A DNA stretch of 64,000 nucleotides from Centroscyllium fabricii. Taxonomy: Eukaryota. Positions 48,433 to 60,837 of this stretch are shown in pieces. The notes beneath the pieces were generated by a model. That model searched no databases, was not told the origin of the DNA, and was given only the letters and a program-made list of their open reading frames with translations. The stretch's first letter is position 1, and each line of letters begins with the position of its first letter. Made by a program: the position numbers and the translations under genes. The stretch covers positions 568,602,001 through 568,666,000 of the forward strand of contig JBNRSN020000002.1 of assembly GCA_051313645.2 (NCBI GenBank). Reading direction: 5' to 3'.

Positions 48433-49704
48433 AATAACATCGGGAAGATGGGAGGAAACCTGAGGGAGACCCGAGGTATTCTCAAGGAATCTTTAAAAAG
48501 TAAAATAAAAGTGAGTCGTCACAACACTGCGCAGTCAATCACACCCAGGGAATAAATACCAAAATAAAACCCTCGAACATTTTGACAGTAAAACGCTTCC
48601 TTCTGCAAAATTGACACAACCCGATGGTGATATTCTACTGTCAGAGGTCGGAGGTCAGAGGATTTTTACATAAGCTATGCAGCACAGAAACAGGCCATTC
48701 GGCCCAACCAGTCCATGCCGGCGTTTATGCTCCACTCGAGCCTCCTCCTGTCTTTCCTCATCTAACTCTCTCAGCGTAACCCTCAATTCCCTCCTCCCTC
48801 GTGTTTATCCAGCCTCCCCTTAAATGCATCGATACTATTCGCTTCAACCCCTCCCTGTGGGAGCGAGTTCCACATTCTCACCTCTCTCTGGGTAAAGAAG
48901 CTTCTTCTGAATTCCAGATTGGATTTCTTGGTGACTATCTTATATTGATGATGGCCTCTAGCTCTTCCCCACAAGTGGAAACATTTTCTCTGTATCCACT
49001 CCATCAAAACTTTTCAAGTCTTCTATCAGGTCACCCTTTTCAAGAGAAATGAGCCCCAGCCTGTTTATCCTTTCCCGATAGGTATAACCTTGCATTTCTG
49101 GGATTATCCTTGTAAAGCTGATGCATTCCATCCCTGGCTGTGCAGCAGAGAGGCTGCATTAAACATGAAAGGTCAGGACAGATTCCAAATACTCAGCTAC
49201 AGGGGAAAATAACAAGACCTCAGATTCACTAACAGTAGCTCGCACTCAGGAAATTCAAAGCTAAATGGAGCCTTTCATCGGAATCTGGTCAGGAAGAAAG
49301 AGGCTGAATAAAAGGCTTTCAAGCGTTACATCACTTTGTGGGCGACACCAACTGAACAGTGGAAAAACTCTGTGGCTGGAAAATATAACATGCTGTGCAA
49401 CAGGAAAACCAGTGTGTGCTAATAAAGTGCCTTTGTAGACGGGAAAGGTCGACACAAACTCCAGTTTGTAAACAGTCAGCTCCCGAGCTTTGTTTATACA
49501 GGTACTGTAGCTAAACACATTTGTCATACGCAAGCAACATCACCACATTTTGTTTCCATCTGAATTACGGCACTTCAACATATGTTTGCAGAATAAAACA
49601 ATACCTTGCATTTATATAGCGCCTTTAACATAGTAAAACGTCAGAAGGCGTTTCGCAGGAGCGGTTATCAAGGAAAATTTGACACCGAGCCACATCAGGA
49701 GATA

Positions 49705-50729
49705 GGGTTCCCCCTTGTCCTCACCTTTCACCCCACCAGCCTCCACATTCAACGGATCATCCTCCGCCATTTCCAACGTGATCTCACCACCAAACACATC
49801 TTCATCTTCCCCTCCCCTCCCTTTTCAGCATTTCGTAGGGACCGCTCCCTCCGCAACACCCTAGTCCACTCCTCCATCACCCCTTCCCCTTCGCCTGGCA
49901 CCTTCCCGTGCAAGCGCAGGAGATGCGACACCTGCCCTTACACCTCCCCCCTTCCCACTGTCCAGGGCCCCAAACACCCCTTCCAGGTGAAACAGCGATT
50001 TACTTGTACTTCTTGCAATCTAGTATACTGTATTCGCTGCTCACGATGCTGTCTCCTCTACATTGGGGAGACCAAACGCCGATTGGGTGACCGCTTTGCG
50101 GAACACCTCCGTTCAGTCCGTAAGGGTGACCCTGAGCTTCCGGTCGCCTGTCACTTTGATTCTCCGCTTCACTCCCACTCTGATCTCTCTGTCCTCGGCC
50201 TATTACATTGTTCCTCGGAAGCTCAGCGTAAGCTCGAGGAACAACAAACACCTCATCTTCCGATAAGGCACTTTACAGCCCTCCGGACTCAATATCGAGT
50301 TCAACAATTTCAGATCATCACTTCGGCCCCCATTATATTTTTACCTATTTTTATCCACACCTTTTATTTGATCTCCCTTCTCTATTCTCTCTCTCTCCCA
50401 TATGGCAGCCGCCTCCCATTCTGCCAGTGCTTTTCACACATTATCTACAGCTGTCTCCTGTCCACAGCCCCATCACCATCTCGTCTCATTTTGAAAACCT
50501 CAATGTCTTTTTTTTTCTCTTATCCTTTCTTTTCTTTTCTCTTTTGTTCTCTCCCAGCAGCAGCCCCCCCCCCCCCCCCCCCCCCGCAGCCCCCACTGGC
50601 CTTCTAATCTGTTTCATTTCCTGGCTTTAATTTTGATAAAGGGTCCCGACCCAAAACGTCGACTCTATTTCTCTCTTCACGGATGTTGCCTGGCCTGCTG
50701 AGTTTTTCCAGCATTTTTTGTTGTTATTT
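49705..50729 (+). mobile_element. Penelope-like element (Neptune-type) 3' portion with GIY-YIG endonuclease
   Basis: PLVLTFHP...AFRRDRSLRNTLV...CxxxRCxxC...NLVYCIRC...YIGETKRRLGDRFAEH. Degenerate hammerhead near 50633-50665. 8-bp TSD AGGAGATA inside an L2 tail. Confidence 0.88.
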
Positions 50730-50934
50730 AGGAGATATCAGGACAGGTGACCAAAGGCTTGGTCAAAGATATAGCATCTTATTACAGAATGCGGCGGTAC
50801 AGAGGGATCTAAGGATCCTTGTGCATGAAACACTAAAAGTTAGCAGCAGGTACAGCGAGTAATTAGGAAGGCAAATGTAATGTTGGCCTTTGTTGCAAGG
50901 GGGTTGCAGTATAAAAGCAGGAAAGTCCTGCTAC

Positions 50935-51322
50935 AACATAGAAGATAGGAGCAGGAGTCGGCCATTCAGCCCTTCGAGCCTGCTCCGCCATTCAATGAGA
51001 TCATGGCTGATCATCGAAACCCAGCACACCGCCCCTGCCCTCTCCCCATATCCCTATCGAGCCTGCACCGACACATATCCCATCCTATCGCCGTAACCCC
51101 ACATATTTAATCCCCCTAACACCAAGGGTCAATTTATCATGGCCAATCAACCTAACCCGCACATCTTTGGACTGTGGGAGGAAACCGGAGCACCCGGAGG
51201 AAACCCACGCAGACACGGGGAGAATGTGCAAACTCCACACAGATAGTACCCGAGGCTGGATTTGAACCCGGATCTCCAGTGCTGTGAGGCAACAGTGCTA
51301 ACCACTATGCCACCGTGCCGCC
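50935..51322 (-). mobile_element. HE1-type SINE inserted in a CR1 fragment (about 50780-51895, plus)
   Basis: Consensus copy. The CR1 frame YRVLVRPHLEYC resumes after it. Confidence 0.88.
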
Positions 51323-52273
51323 CTACAGGGTATTGGTGAGACCACACCTGGAGTACTGCGTACAGTTTTGGTCTCCTTATTTAAGGAAGGATATATTTGC
51401 ATTGGAGGCAGTTCAGAGACGATTCACTCGGTTAATTTCTGAGATGAAGGGGTGGTCTTATGAAGAAAGGTTGAGCCTATACTCATTCCAGTTTAGAAGA
51501 ATGAGAGGTGATCTTATTGAAACATATAAGATTCTGAGGGGGTTTGACAGGGTAGATGCAAATGACGATGGTTCCCCTCGTAGAAGAATCTAGAGCTAGG
51601 GGGCACAGTTTGAAAATAAGGGGTCGCCCATTTAAAACGGAGATGAGGAGGAATTTCTTCTCTCAGAGGGTCGTGAATCTTTGGAATTCTCTTCCCCAGA
51701 GAGCTGTGGAGGCGGAGTCAGTGAATATATTCAAGGTGGAGATAGACAGATATTTGAGCAAAGGGGAGTCGAGGGTTATGAGGAGCGGACAGGGAAGTGG
51801 AGTTGAGGCCAAGATCAGATCAGCCATTATCTTGTTGAATGGCAGAGCAGGCTCGAGGGGCCGAATGGCCGACTCCTGCTCCTATTTCTTATGTTAAAGG
51901 AATAAAGAGAGGTGGAGAGGTTTAGGGAAGGATTTCCAGAACTTCGGGCCCAGGCGGCTGAAGAGTAGGTGAAAAGTGCCTGACAAATTTTACAAGGACA
52001 GCAAAGTCCCTTTAGCATAATGGCATTACGACTTCCTGTGTCTCTCATGCTTAACTTATGCTTTTAGCTGATTAACTGGCTGTTTCAATGTACCCTGGGC
52101 TCGGTCATTGCTCGTAGTACTTTTCGTGAGGTTAGCCCCCAAGAGAAAGGCTGACAGCTCAGTGAACTGCAAATGTAAGTTGGAGGAAGGAAATGGGAAT
52201 GGAAGCTGTGAGGAGGATGCAAGGAGGCTTCAAGGGCATAGAGACTGGCTTAGTAAGTGGGCAAGGACATGCC

Positions 52274-52536
52274 TGTCATAAAACACGACTTCCTAAATAA
52301 TCTAGGAAGAGTTACTGGTTGGACTTCCAAACAACCTCGGAACAGTTACTGGTCGGCCAGTTGAGGGCACCTGACCAGGAAGTATAAATACTGGGACTTA
52401 AGCACCAGTTGAACAGAGACACTCTGGAACTTGGAGGCTAGTGACTGAACTAGCTCTCTGTCTTTATGTTGGATTATAAGTTGAATAAAGCCTTGCTTTA
52501 TGTTCACTAAAAGCTTGGTAAGTCTTTATTACATCA
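52274..52536 (+). mobile_element. Solo LTR of a different family
   Basis: TG...CA, TSD ATGCC, TATA-like GTATAAATA and AATAAA. Interrupts CR1 ORF2. Confidence 0.85.
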
Positions 52537-52786
52537 ATGCCCAATGGAATATAATGTGACGAAATGTGAAGTTATCCACTTTGATAGGAAATACAGAAAA
52601 GCAGAGTATTTTTTAAATGGTGAGAGATTGGGAAATGTTGGTGTTCAGAGGGACCTGGGTGTCCTTGTACACGAATCACTGAAAGTTAACATGCAGGTAC
52701 AGCAAGCAATTAGGAAAGCAAATGGTCTGTTGGCCTTTATTACAAGAGGATCTGAGTATAAGAGTAAAGATGTCTTACTGCAAAAA

Positions 52787-53836
52787 ACATAAGAACATAA
52801 ACATAAGAAATAGGAGCAGGAGTCGGCCATTCGGCCCCTCGAGCCTGCTCCGCCATTCAACAAGATCATGGCTGATCTGATCCTAACCTCAATTTTATTT
52901 TTACTCTCCATCCCGCCCGAACCCATGTGATCACCCGGGAGAGGCAAAAAACCAGATAAAAAACCCAGTGGCCAATTTGTGAGAAAAAATCTGGGAAATT
53001 CCTCTCCGACCCATCTAGGCGATCGAAAACTGGTCCAGGAGATCACATGGCTGATCTAAACCTAGCCTCACGTCCACTTACCTGCCCGCTCACCATAACC
53101 CCGAATTCCCTTTACTTCCAGGAAACTGTCTATCTCTGTTTTAAATGACTTCAATGTAGTAGCTTCCACAGCTCTCTGGGGCAGCAAATTCCACAGCCCC
53201 ATCACCCTCTGAGTGAAGAAGTTTCTCCTCATCTCAGTTTTGAAATGGCAGCCCCTTATTTTAAGATTATGCCCCCTAGTCCTAGTTTCACCCACCATTG
53301 GGAACATCCTCACCGCATCCACCCGATCAAGCCCTCTCACAATCTTATATGTTTCAATAAGATTGCCTCTCATTCTTCTGAACTCCAATGAGCAGAGGCC
53401 CAATCTACTCAGCCTCTCATCATATATTAGCCCCCTCATCCCCGGAATTAACCTAGTGAACCTTCTCTGCACTGCCTCGAGAGCAAGTATGTCCTTTCTT
53501 AAATATGGATACCAGAACTGCACGCAGTATTCCAGGTGTGGTCTCACCAATACCCTGTACAACTGCAGCAAGACCTCCCTGCTTTTATACTCAATCCCCT
53601 TAGCAATAAAAGCCAACATTCCGTTGGCCTTCCTGACCACCTGCTGCACCTGCATATTAACTTTTTGTGTTTCCTGCACCAGGACCCCCAGATCCCTTTG
53701 CACTGAAGTACTTTCCAGTTTCTTTCCATTTAGATAATAACTCGCTCTCTTATTTTTCCTGCCAAAGTGCATAACCTCACACTTTCCAGTATTATACTCC
53801 ATCTGCCAAATCTCTGCCCACTCACTTAGCCTATCT
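52787..53836 (-). mobile_element. CR1 3' portion (ORF 53068-53802) with extended 3' UTR, inserted antisense in another CR1 (about 52178-54893, plus)
   Basis: Intact ORF2 C-terminal frame. Flanking TGCAA duplication. Confidence 0.9.
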
Positions 53837-55632
53837 ATGCAATTATATAGGGCTCTGGTGAGACCACACCTGGAGTATTGGGTACAGTTTTGTTCGTTTT
53901 TTTTAATTCATTGATGGGATGTGGGCGTCGCTGGCTGGCTAGGCCTGCATTTAGTGCCCATCCCTAATTACCCTTCAGAAGATGGTGGTGAGCTGCCTTC
54001 TTGAACCGCTGCAGTCTTATTGTTTTTCGTAGCGGTTGTATACAACTGAGTGGCTTGCTGGGCCATTTCAGAGGGCATTAAGAGTCAACCACATTGCTGT
54101 GGGTCTGGAGTCACATGTAGGCCAGACCAGGTAAGGACGGCAGATTTCCTTCCCTAAAGGACATTAGTGAACCAGATGGGTTTTTGCAACAATCGACAAT
54201 GGCATCATGGTCGCCATTACTAAGACTAACATTTAATTCCAGAATTAAATTGAATTGAATTTAAATTCCACCAGCTGCCATGGTGGGATTTGAACCCATA
54301 ACCTCAGAGCATTTGACTGAGCCTCTGGCTTACCAGTCTAGTGACATAACCACTACGCCACCGCCTCCCCCGAAGGAAGGATATACTTGCCATAGAGGGA
54401 GTGCAACGAAGGTTCACCAGACTGATTCCTGGGATGGGGGGATTGTCCTATGAGGAGAGATTGAGTAGACTAGACTTATATTCTCTAGAGTTTAGAAGAA
54501 TGAGAGGTGATCGCATTAAAACATACAAAATTCTTACAGGGCTTGACAGGGTAGATGCAGGGAGGATGTTGCCCCTGGCTGGAGAGTCTAGAACCAGGGG
54601 TCACAGTCTCAGGATAAGGGGTCGGTCATTTAGGACTGAGATGAGGAGAAATTTCTTCACTCAGAGGGTGGTGAATCTTTGGAATTCTCCACCCCAGAGG
54701 GCTGAGGAGGCTCAGTCATTGAGTATATTCAAGACAGAGAGAGATAGATTTTTGGATATTAAGGGAATCAAGCGATATGGGGATAGTGCAGGAAAGTGGA
54801 GATGAGGTCGAAGATCAGCCATGATCTTATTTAATGGCGGAGCAGGCTCGAGGGGTGGAATGGCCGACTCATGTCCCTATTTCTTATGTTCTTAAATCTC
54901 CTCATTCTCCTTTACTCAGTGACAGGATAAGAATGTGCTTCAGTGACGAGAGATAGGGAGAGAAAGAGAGTGAAAGAGAAAAAGAGAGTAACAGAGAGAA
55001 AGACAGAAAGAGAGAGAGCGACAGAGAGTGAAAGTGAGAGAGAGAGCCAAAGGCCAAAATTTTCATCTCTCCGTGAGGCGGGGTTTTCGGCGGGTCGGAC
55101 GGCAAAATAGCGGAACAGGTGGGTCGTGACCCCGCCCCCCCCCCCCAGCTTTAGCATTTCCCCCCGCCCTGTCCCCCCCGCCCCGAATCATTCCCGCCGG
55201 CGGGGATGGTTGATCAGCTCATTAAGGGCCCTTAATTGGCATGTGTAATGCCATTTTAAGGGCTCTTAGCCATTTTCACCTCCTTCCCACCCTATCCCTG
55301 CCATCCTAAAACCCTGCTGGTGAAACCCAGTGTGGTAACCCATATTGTATATACGATTACCACTGTAATATTGTCGCCAACATTGGCTTTGTATGATACA
55401 CCGCTTTGTAACACTGTCGTGGAGCCAGGTCAGCCACACCTCTAACTCCTCCCCCAGGTGAGGCCTTTATAGGTGAGGACTGACCGGGGCTCCCTCATTC
55501 TGTTCTGATGTTCGTTCGGAGGGTAGCTCCAAAGTAAGTTAATAAAAGCCTATAGTTACGGTAACTACTCGTCTAGTCTTTTATTAAGACAAATTGACGA
55601 TACGTCAATTTTATTAACTTAAAAATTTTGAA

Positions 55633-57490
55633 ATGGAGAGCGGTGCGGTAAAGCCAGAGAAGCTGGACATCAGTCCACAGGACCCAGCCGCCGCCACCAT
55701 GTTCGAACAGTGGTTCGGTCTCCTGGAGGCCTATATGGACGCCGCCAAGGCTACAACCGACGAGAACAAATTGCAGGTTCTCCGGTCTAGGATCTCCAGC
55801 CGAGTATTCTCCCTCATCCGAGACGGCAAAACCTACCCAGGGGCAGTGGAAAAGCTGAGGAAATGCTACGAGCGCCCAGTCCATTCGGTCTACGCCAGAC
55901 ATGTGCTCGCGACCAGACCACAACTACCGGGTGAGACTAATGAACAGTTTGAGCAAGCGCTCCAGGCACTGGTACGGGTCTGTGGCTGCCAAGCCCGGAC
56001 AGCAGAAGAGGAGGCGAATCTCCTCATCCGAGATGCGTATGTAACCAGCCTGAGGTGCGTGGAAGCCCACCAGCGGCTGCTCGAAAAGGACTCTTTGACT
56101 CTTGAGGAGGCGATCTCCATAGCTAACTCCATTGAAGGAGCACGCAATAAGCTGTAGGCATACAGCGGCACAAACCCGCAGGCCTACGACATGTGGGCCG
56201 CGCCACAACGGGCCCAGGCCTGGGCAGCACCACAACGGGTCGAGACCCCCATGATGGCTGCGACAGCTGCAAAGGACAAACGGTGCTATTTCTGCGGCCA
56301 GGGACTGCACCCACGAGCGAGATGCCCAGCGAGGACCGCGACCTGTGAGAGGTGCTCCAAAAAGGGACACTATGCGAAGGCCTGCAGATCAGCACCAGCA
56401 GCGCCCAACTTCAGGTACAACAGCGCAGCCTGTGAAAGCTCCGTCAGACCTCAGGTAAGCTGCAATAGCAGCGCGATCCAGCGACGGTCCGGGGGTAGAA
56501 GGAAAGCGCCCCCATCTCCCACCCTGAGGCGGCAAAGGCCGGCCAAGCGCGACCCCCCAACGCCAGCGGCAGACCCAGCGCTGCCCGCTGCGTGCGAATC
56601 ACGGGCACCGCCAACCCAACCACCGCGGCTCACTGCGTGTGAACCACGGGCACCACCAACCCAGTCACCGTGGCCCGCTGCGTGCAAACCACGGGCAACG
56701 CCAACCCAGTCACCGCGGCCCGCTGCGTGCGAACCACGGGCGCCGCCAGCGCGCTCACAGCGGTCGGTCAGCCGCGTGCGAACCACGGGCGCCGCCATCT
56801 CGTCTCCAGCGGCCCACCATGTGCGACCCCCCGGCGCTGCCATCTTGTCTCCAGTGGCCCGCCATGTGCGACCCCTCGGCGGCGCCATTTTGTCTCCAGG
56901 GCCCCACCATGTGCGAGCCAGGGGCGCCGCCATTTTGTCTCCAGGGCCCCACCATGTGCGAGCCAGGGGCGCCGCCATTTTGTGTACAGCCCCAACCAGC
57001 AGGGGGCCCCCACACACAAAGGCACACTTCGGCCTCAGCCATACCCAAAGTGGACCAGGCTAGGCCACACAACCTTTCTAACTCAATCATGCCGATTAAA
57101 ATTAACGGCCATATTACCAATTGCCTGTTTGACACTGGAAGCACGGAGAGTGTTATACACCCCGATACAGCGCAGCGCTATGGACTGCAGATCCTGCCCA
57201 CGAACTACCAAGTCTCCCTTGCTTCAAAGTCCCACATCACGGACGTCACCGGCTACTGCTCCATCACGCTCACGGTCAAGGGTTGCGTGTATCGTAATTT
57301 TAAATTGTACACCCTCAAGCAGTTGTGTGCCCCAGCCTTACTAGGTCTGGATTTCCAGTGCCACCTCAAGAGCGTGACAATGGAGTTCGGCGGGACCTTG
57401 CCCCCCCTCACCGTCAGTAGCCGGGACAGTCCCTTCCCAAGGCGGAGCCCGGCCTGCGGCCTCTCCACCCTGAAAATCGACCCCCCTCAC
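55633..57490 (+). pseudogene. Gypsy gag-protease region (in-frame TAG at 56155, frameshifts near 56760 and 57485)
   Basis: Two CCHC knuckles (CYFCGQGLHPRARC, CERCSKKGHYAKAC) and aspartic protease LFDTGS. Confidence 0.85.
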
Positions 57491-59958
57491 TGTTCGCCAA
57501 CCTCGACCCCAAGTGCAAACCTATTGCTACAAAGAGTCAGCGGTACAGTGTGGGGGATCGCACGTTTATCAGGTCGGAGGTCGGGCATATGCTGAAGGAG
57601 GGGATAATTGAAGCCAGCACCAGCCCCTGGCGGGCCCAGGTAGTTGTGGTGAAGTCTGGCGAGAAACAGCGGCTGGTTATCGATTACAGCCAGACTATCA
57701 ACTGCTACACCGGGCTCGACGCCTACCCCCTCCCCCGCATCTCGGACATGGTCAATCAGATCGCCCAATACAAGGTGTTCTCCACAATCGACCTTAAGTC
57801 GGCGTATCACCAACTCCCGATCCGGAAAGCCGACCGCCCGTACACCGCCTTCGAGGCGAACGGTCGGCTCTACCACTTCCTCCGGGTCCCCTTCGGCGTG
57901 ACCAACGGAGTGTCAGTGTTCCAACGGGAGATGGACCGCATGGTTGACCAGAACGAGTTGCGGGCCACTTTCCCTTACCTGGACAACGTGACCATCTGCG
58001 GCCACGACCAGCAGGACCACGATGCCAATCTGGCCAAATTCCTTGACACGGCGGATAAGCTGGACCTTACGTATAACAAGGACAAATGTGTCTTTAATAC
58101 AGACCGGCTCGCCATCCTCGGATACGTGGTGGAGAACGGGATCCTCGGCCCCGACCCACAGCGTATGCACCCCCTACAAGAACTGCCCATACCTCACAAC
58201 CCCAAAGCCTTGAGGAGATGCCTAAGATTTTTCTCCTACTACGCACAATGGGTCCCACAGTTCGCGGACAAGGCTAGACCACTCCTCAAGTCTGCCGTCT
58301 TCCCCCTCTCGGTAGAAGCCCAAATGGCATTCGCCCGGATAAAGGAAGACATCATCAAGGCGACCATGCTCGCTGTTGATGAATCCATTCCCTTCCAGGT
58401 GGAGAGCGACGCTTCGGACTTTGCCCTTGCTGCCACCCTGAATCAGGCAGGCAGGCCCGTAGCGTTTTTCTCCCGCACCCTACAGGGACCCGAAACTCGC
58501 CACTCTGCAGTGGAAAAGGAGGCCCAGGCCATCGTGGAGGCCGTGCGCTACTGGCGTCATTACCTGGCCGGTAAGCGTTTTACCCTGCTCACCGACCAAT
58601 GGTCGGTGGCGTTTATGTTTAATAATAAACAGAAGGGTAAGATCAAGAATGATAAGATCCTGCGGTGGCGGATCGAACTCTCGACTTACGAGTACGACAT
58701 TCTTTACCGACCAGGTAAACTCAATGAACCCCCAGACGCACTGTCCAGGGGAACGTGCGCCAGTGCCCAGCTAGACCGGCTGAAGGACCTCCACGACCGC
58801 CTTTGCCACCCGGGTGTCACCAGACTCGCCCACTTTGTTAGATCCCGTAGCCTCCCCTACTCCATCACGGAGATCAAGGCTATGACCCGAGAGTGCCCTG
58901 TTTGCGCCGAGTGCAAACCCCAATTTTTCAGGCCAGACACGGTACACCTCATTAAGGCCACCCGCCCCTTTGAACGTCTAAGCGTGGACTTCAAAGGCCC
59001 CCTCCCCACCACCGACCGCAACTCATACTTCCTCACGGTCGTAGATGAGTTCTCCCGCTTCCCCTTCGCCTTCCCCTGCGCAGATATGATGAGCGCAACG
59101 GTGATAAAACACTTCACCACGCTGTTCGCCATATTCGGTCTCCCCAGCTACATCCATAGCGACCGGGGGTCATCGTTCATGAGCGATGAACTGCGTCAGT
59201 TTCTGCTCCAGAAAGGGGTTGCCACGAGCAGAACGACCAGTTATAACCCCCGGGGGAACGGCCAGGTAGAAAGGGAGAATGGGATCATCTGGAAGGCGGT
59301 CACCCTGGCCCTGAAGTCCAGAGGCCTTCCAGTGGCCCATTGGCAGGCAGTCCTCCCAGATGCGCTGCATTCAATACGCTCTCTCCTGTGCACAGCCACT
59401 AACGCCACCCCTCATGACTTGATTTTTTCCTTCCCCAGGAAGTCGACTTCGGGGACAGCTCTTCCTCCATGGCTCACGACACCGGGGCCGGTCTTCCTTA
59501 GGAGACACGTCTGTGGCCACAAGACCGACCCCCTGGTGGACAAGGTGCAGCTCCTGCACGCGAATCCGCAATATGCCTTCGTGCAGTTCCCGGACGGGCG
59601 CGAGGACACCGTATCCATCAGGGACCTGGCGCCCGCCGGGAGCACCACAGCAGAGCCCCTGGTCGGGCAGCAGCCCGCCCAGCCACAGTATCTAGAACAC
59701 CCCCTACATCTACGATGGCCTCCGAGGTTTCCAGAGCCCCAGGCGTGGGCAGCCCAAGACTACCATTCCGATGGCTCGGACCAATTGAGACCACCAGCAT
59801 CCAAAATCACGGCACCAGAGCCGCTGTCACCACCACCGGACTCGAGCAGTACGGAACACGATGAACCTTTATCGGAGCCCCGGCGGTCCTCCAGGCTGAC
59901 ACGACCGCCGGACAAGCTCATAATGAACTGCTCAGTCCATTCACCCCGCCGGACTTAA
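57490..59958 (+). CDS. Gypsy pol: RT-RNase H-integrase, open frame
   Basis: SPWRAQVVVV, DAYPLP, DLKSAYHQ, PFG and YLDN. RNase H ESDASD...EKEA...TD. Integrase HHCC, VDFKG, HSDRG and GQVER. Confidence 0.92.
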   Translation: MFANLDPKCKPIATKSQRYSVGDRTFIRSEVGHMLKEGIIEASTSPWRAQVVVVKSGEKQRLVIDYSQTINCYTGLDAYPLPRISDMVNQIAQYKVFSTIDLKSAYHQLPIRKADRPYTAFEANGRLYHFLRVPFGVTNGVSVFQREMDRMVDQNELRATFPYLDNVTICGHDQQDHDANLAKFLDTADKLDLTYNKDKCVFNTDRLAILGYVVENGILGPDPQRMHPLQELPIPHNPKALRRCLRFFSYYAQWVPQFADKARPLLKSAVFPLSVEAQMAFARIKEDIIKATMLAVDESIPFQVESDASDFALAATLNQAGRPVAFFSRTLQGPETRHSAVEKEAQAIVEAVRYWRHYLAGKRFTLLTDQWSVAFMFNNKQKGKIKNDKILRWRIELSTYEYDILYRPGKLNEPPDALSRGTCASAQLDRLKDLHDRLCHPGVTRLAHFVRSRSLPYSITEIKAMTRECPVCAECKPQFFRPDTVHLIKATRPFERLSVDFKGPLPTTDRNSYFLTVVDEFSRFPFAFPCADMMSATVIKHFTTLFAIFGLPSYIHSDRGSSFMSDELRQFLLQKGVATSRTTSYNPRGNGQVERENGIIWKAVTLALKSRGLPVAHWQAVLPDALHSIRSLLCTATNATPHDLIFSFPRKSTSGTALPPWLTTPGPVFLRRHVCGHKTDPLVDKVQLLHANPQYAFVQFPDGREDTVSIRDLAPAGSTTAEPLVGQQPAQPQYLEHPLHLRWPPRFPEPQAWAAQDYHSDGSDQLRPPASKITAPEPLSPPPDSSSTEHDEPLSEPRRSSRLTRPPDKLIMNCSVHSPRRT

Positions 59959-60837
59959 AATGTTCAAGAAGGGGTGAATGTGGTAACCCATATTGTATAT
60001 ACGATTACCACTGTGATATTGTCGCCAACATTGGCTTTGTATGATACACCGCTTTGTAACACTGTCGTGGAGCCAGGTCAGCCACACCTCTAACTCCTCC
60101 CCCAGGTGAGGCCTTTATAGGTGAGGACTGACCGGGGCTCCCTCATTCTGTTCTGATGTTCGTTCGGAGGGTAGCTCCAAAGTAAGTTAATAAAAGCCTA
60201 TAGTTGCGGTAACTACTCGTCTAGTCTTTTATTAAGACAAATTGACGATACGTCACCCAGCGGGAACACAGTGGTGTTGCTAACTTTCACCTTCAAGGTT
60301 TTGAAGGACCTACAGCAAAATGCTTCCCAGGCCTTCAGCACCCTGGAGGAGTAAGTCACTCCCTTGTGTCAACACCAGCTGCGGGCAAAAACTTAGAAAA
60401 CTTACCTTCCCAGCTTGACTGACATCCGCTGCCTTGCTGTCAAAGATTTGAAGCCTGCCCGCCCACCTGCCACTCAACAGCACTTGGCCTCTCCCATTGG
60501 TTCCACTCTACTCTGATGTCACAGTTGAGTGTTTCCATGGGAACTGTAAACAAACAGTTGCCGCACCTGCCTGACAGCCTCCTGGAATGCCGTGTCAGCG
60601 CCGTAATTGGCGACTGGACTGCTGCACTTACCAGAGGCCCCCCGCACGTGGGAATTTAACTGAGTGATTAGGCGAAAATAGTGTGGGCTTCCCAGGCCCT
60701 TGGCCGGGCGGGTCAGGAACCCGCCCCTATCAATCCCCGCCAGGTTCTTGCACCTCCAGGAAAATCCCCCCGAACGAGGCAGAGAGAAAGAGATAGAGAG
60801 TAACAGAGAAAGAGACAAGAGAGAGACAAAGACAGAG

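Larger units (their letters stand above)
55331..60255 (+). mobile_element. Full-length Ty3/Gypsy LTR retrotransposon (Mag-like organisation)
   Basis: LTRs 55331-55607 and 59979-60255 (277 bp, 2 differences by eye), TSD CCCAG and PPT AAGAAGGGGTGAA at 59966-59978. Confidence 0.97.
55052..60771. mobile_element. Harbinger-like MITE split by the Gypsy insertion
   Basis: The two halves (55052-55330, 60256-60771) reconstitute the family seen at 37295-38079. Confidence 0.75.
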
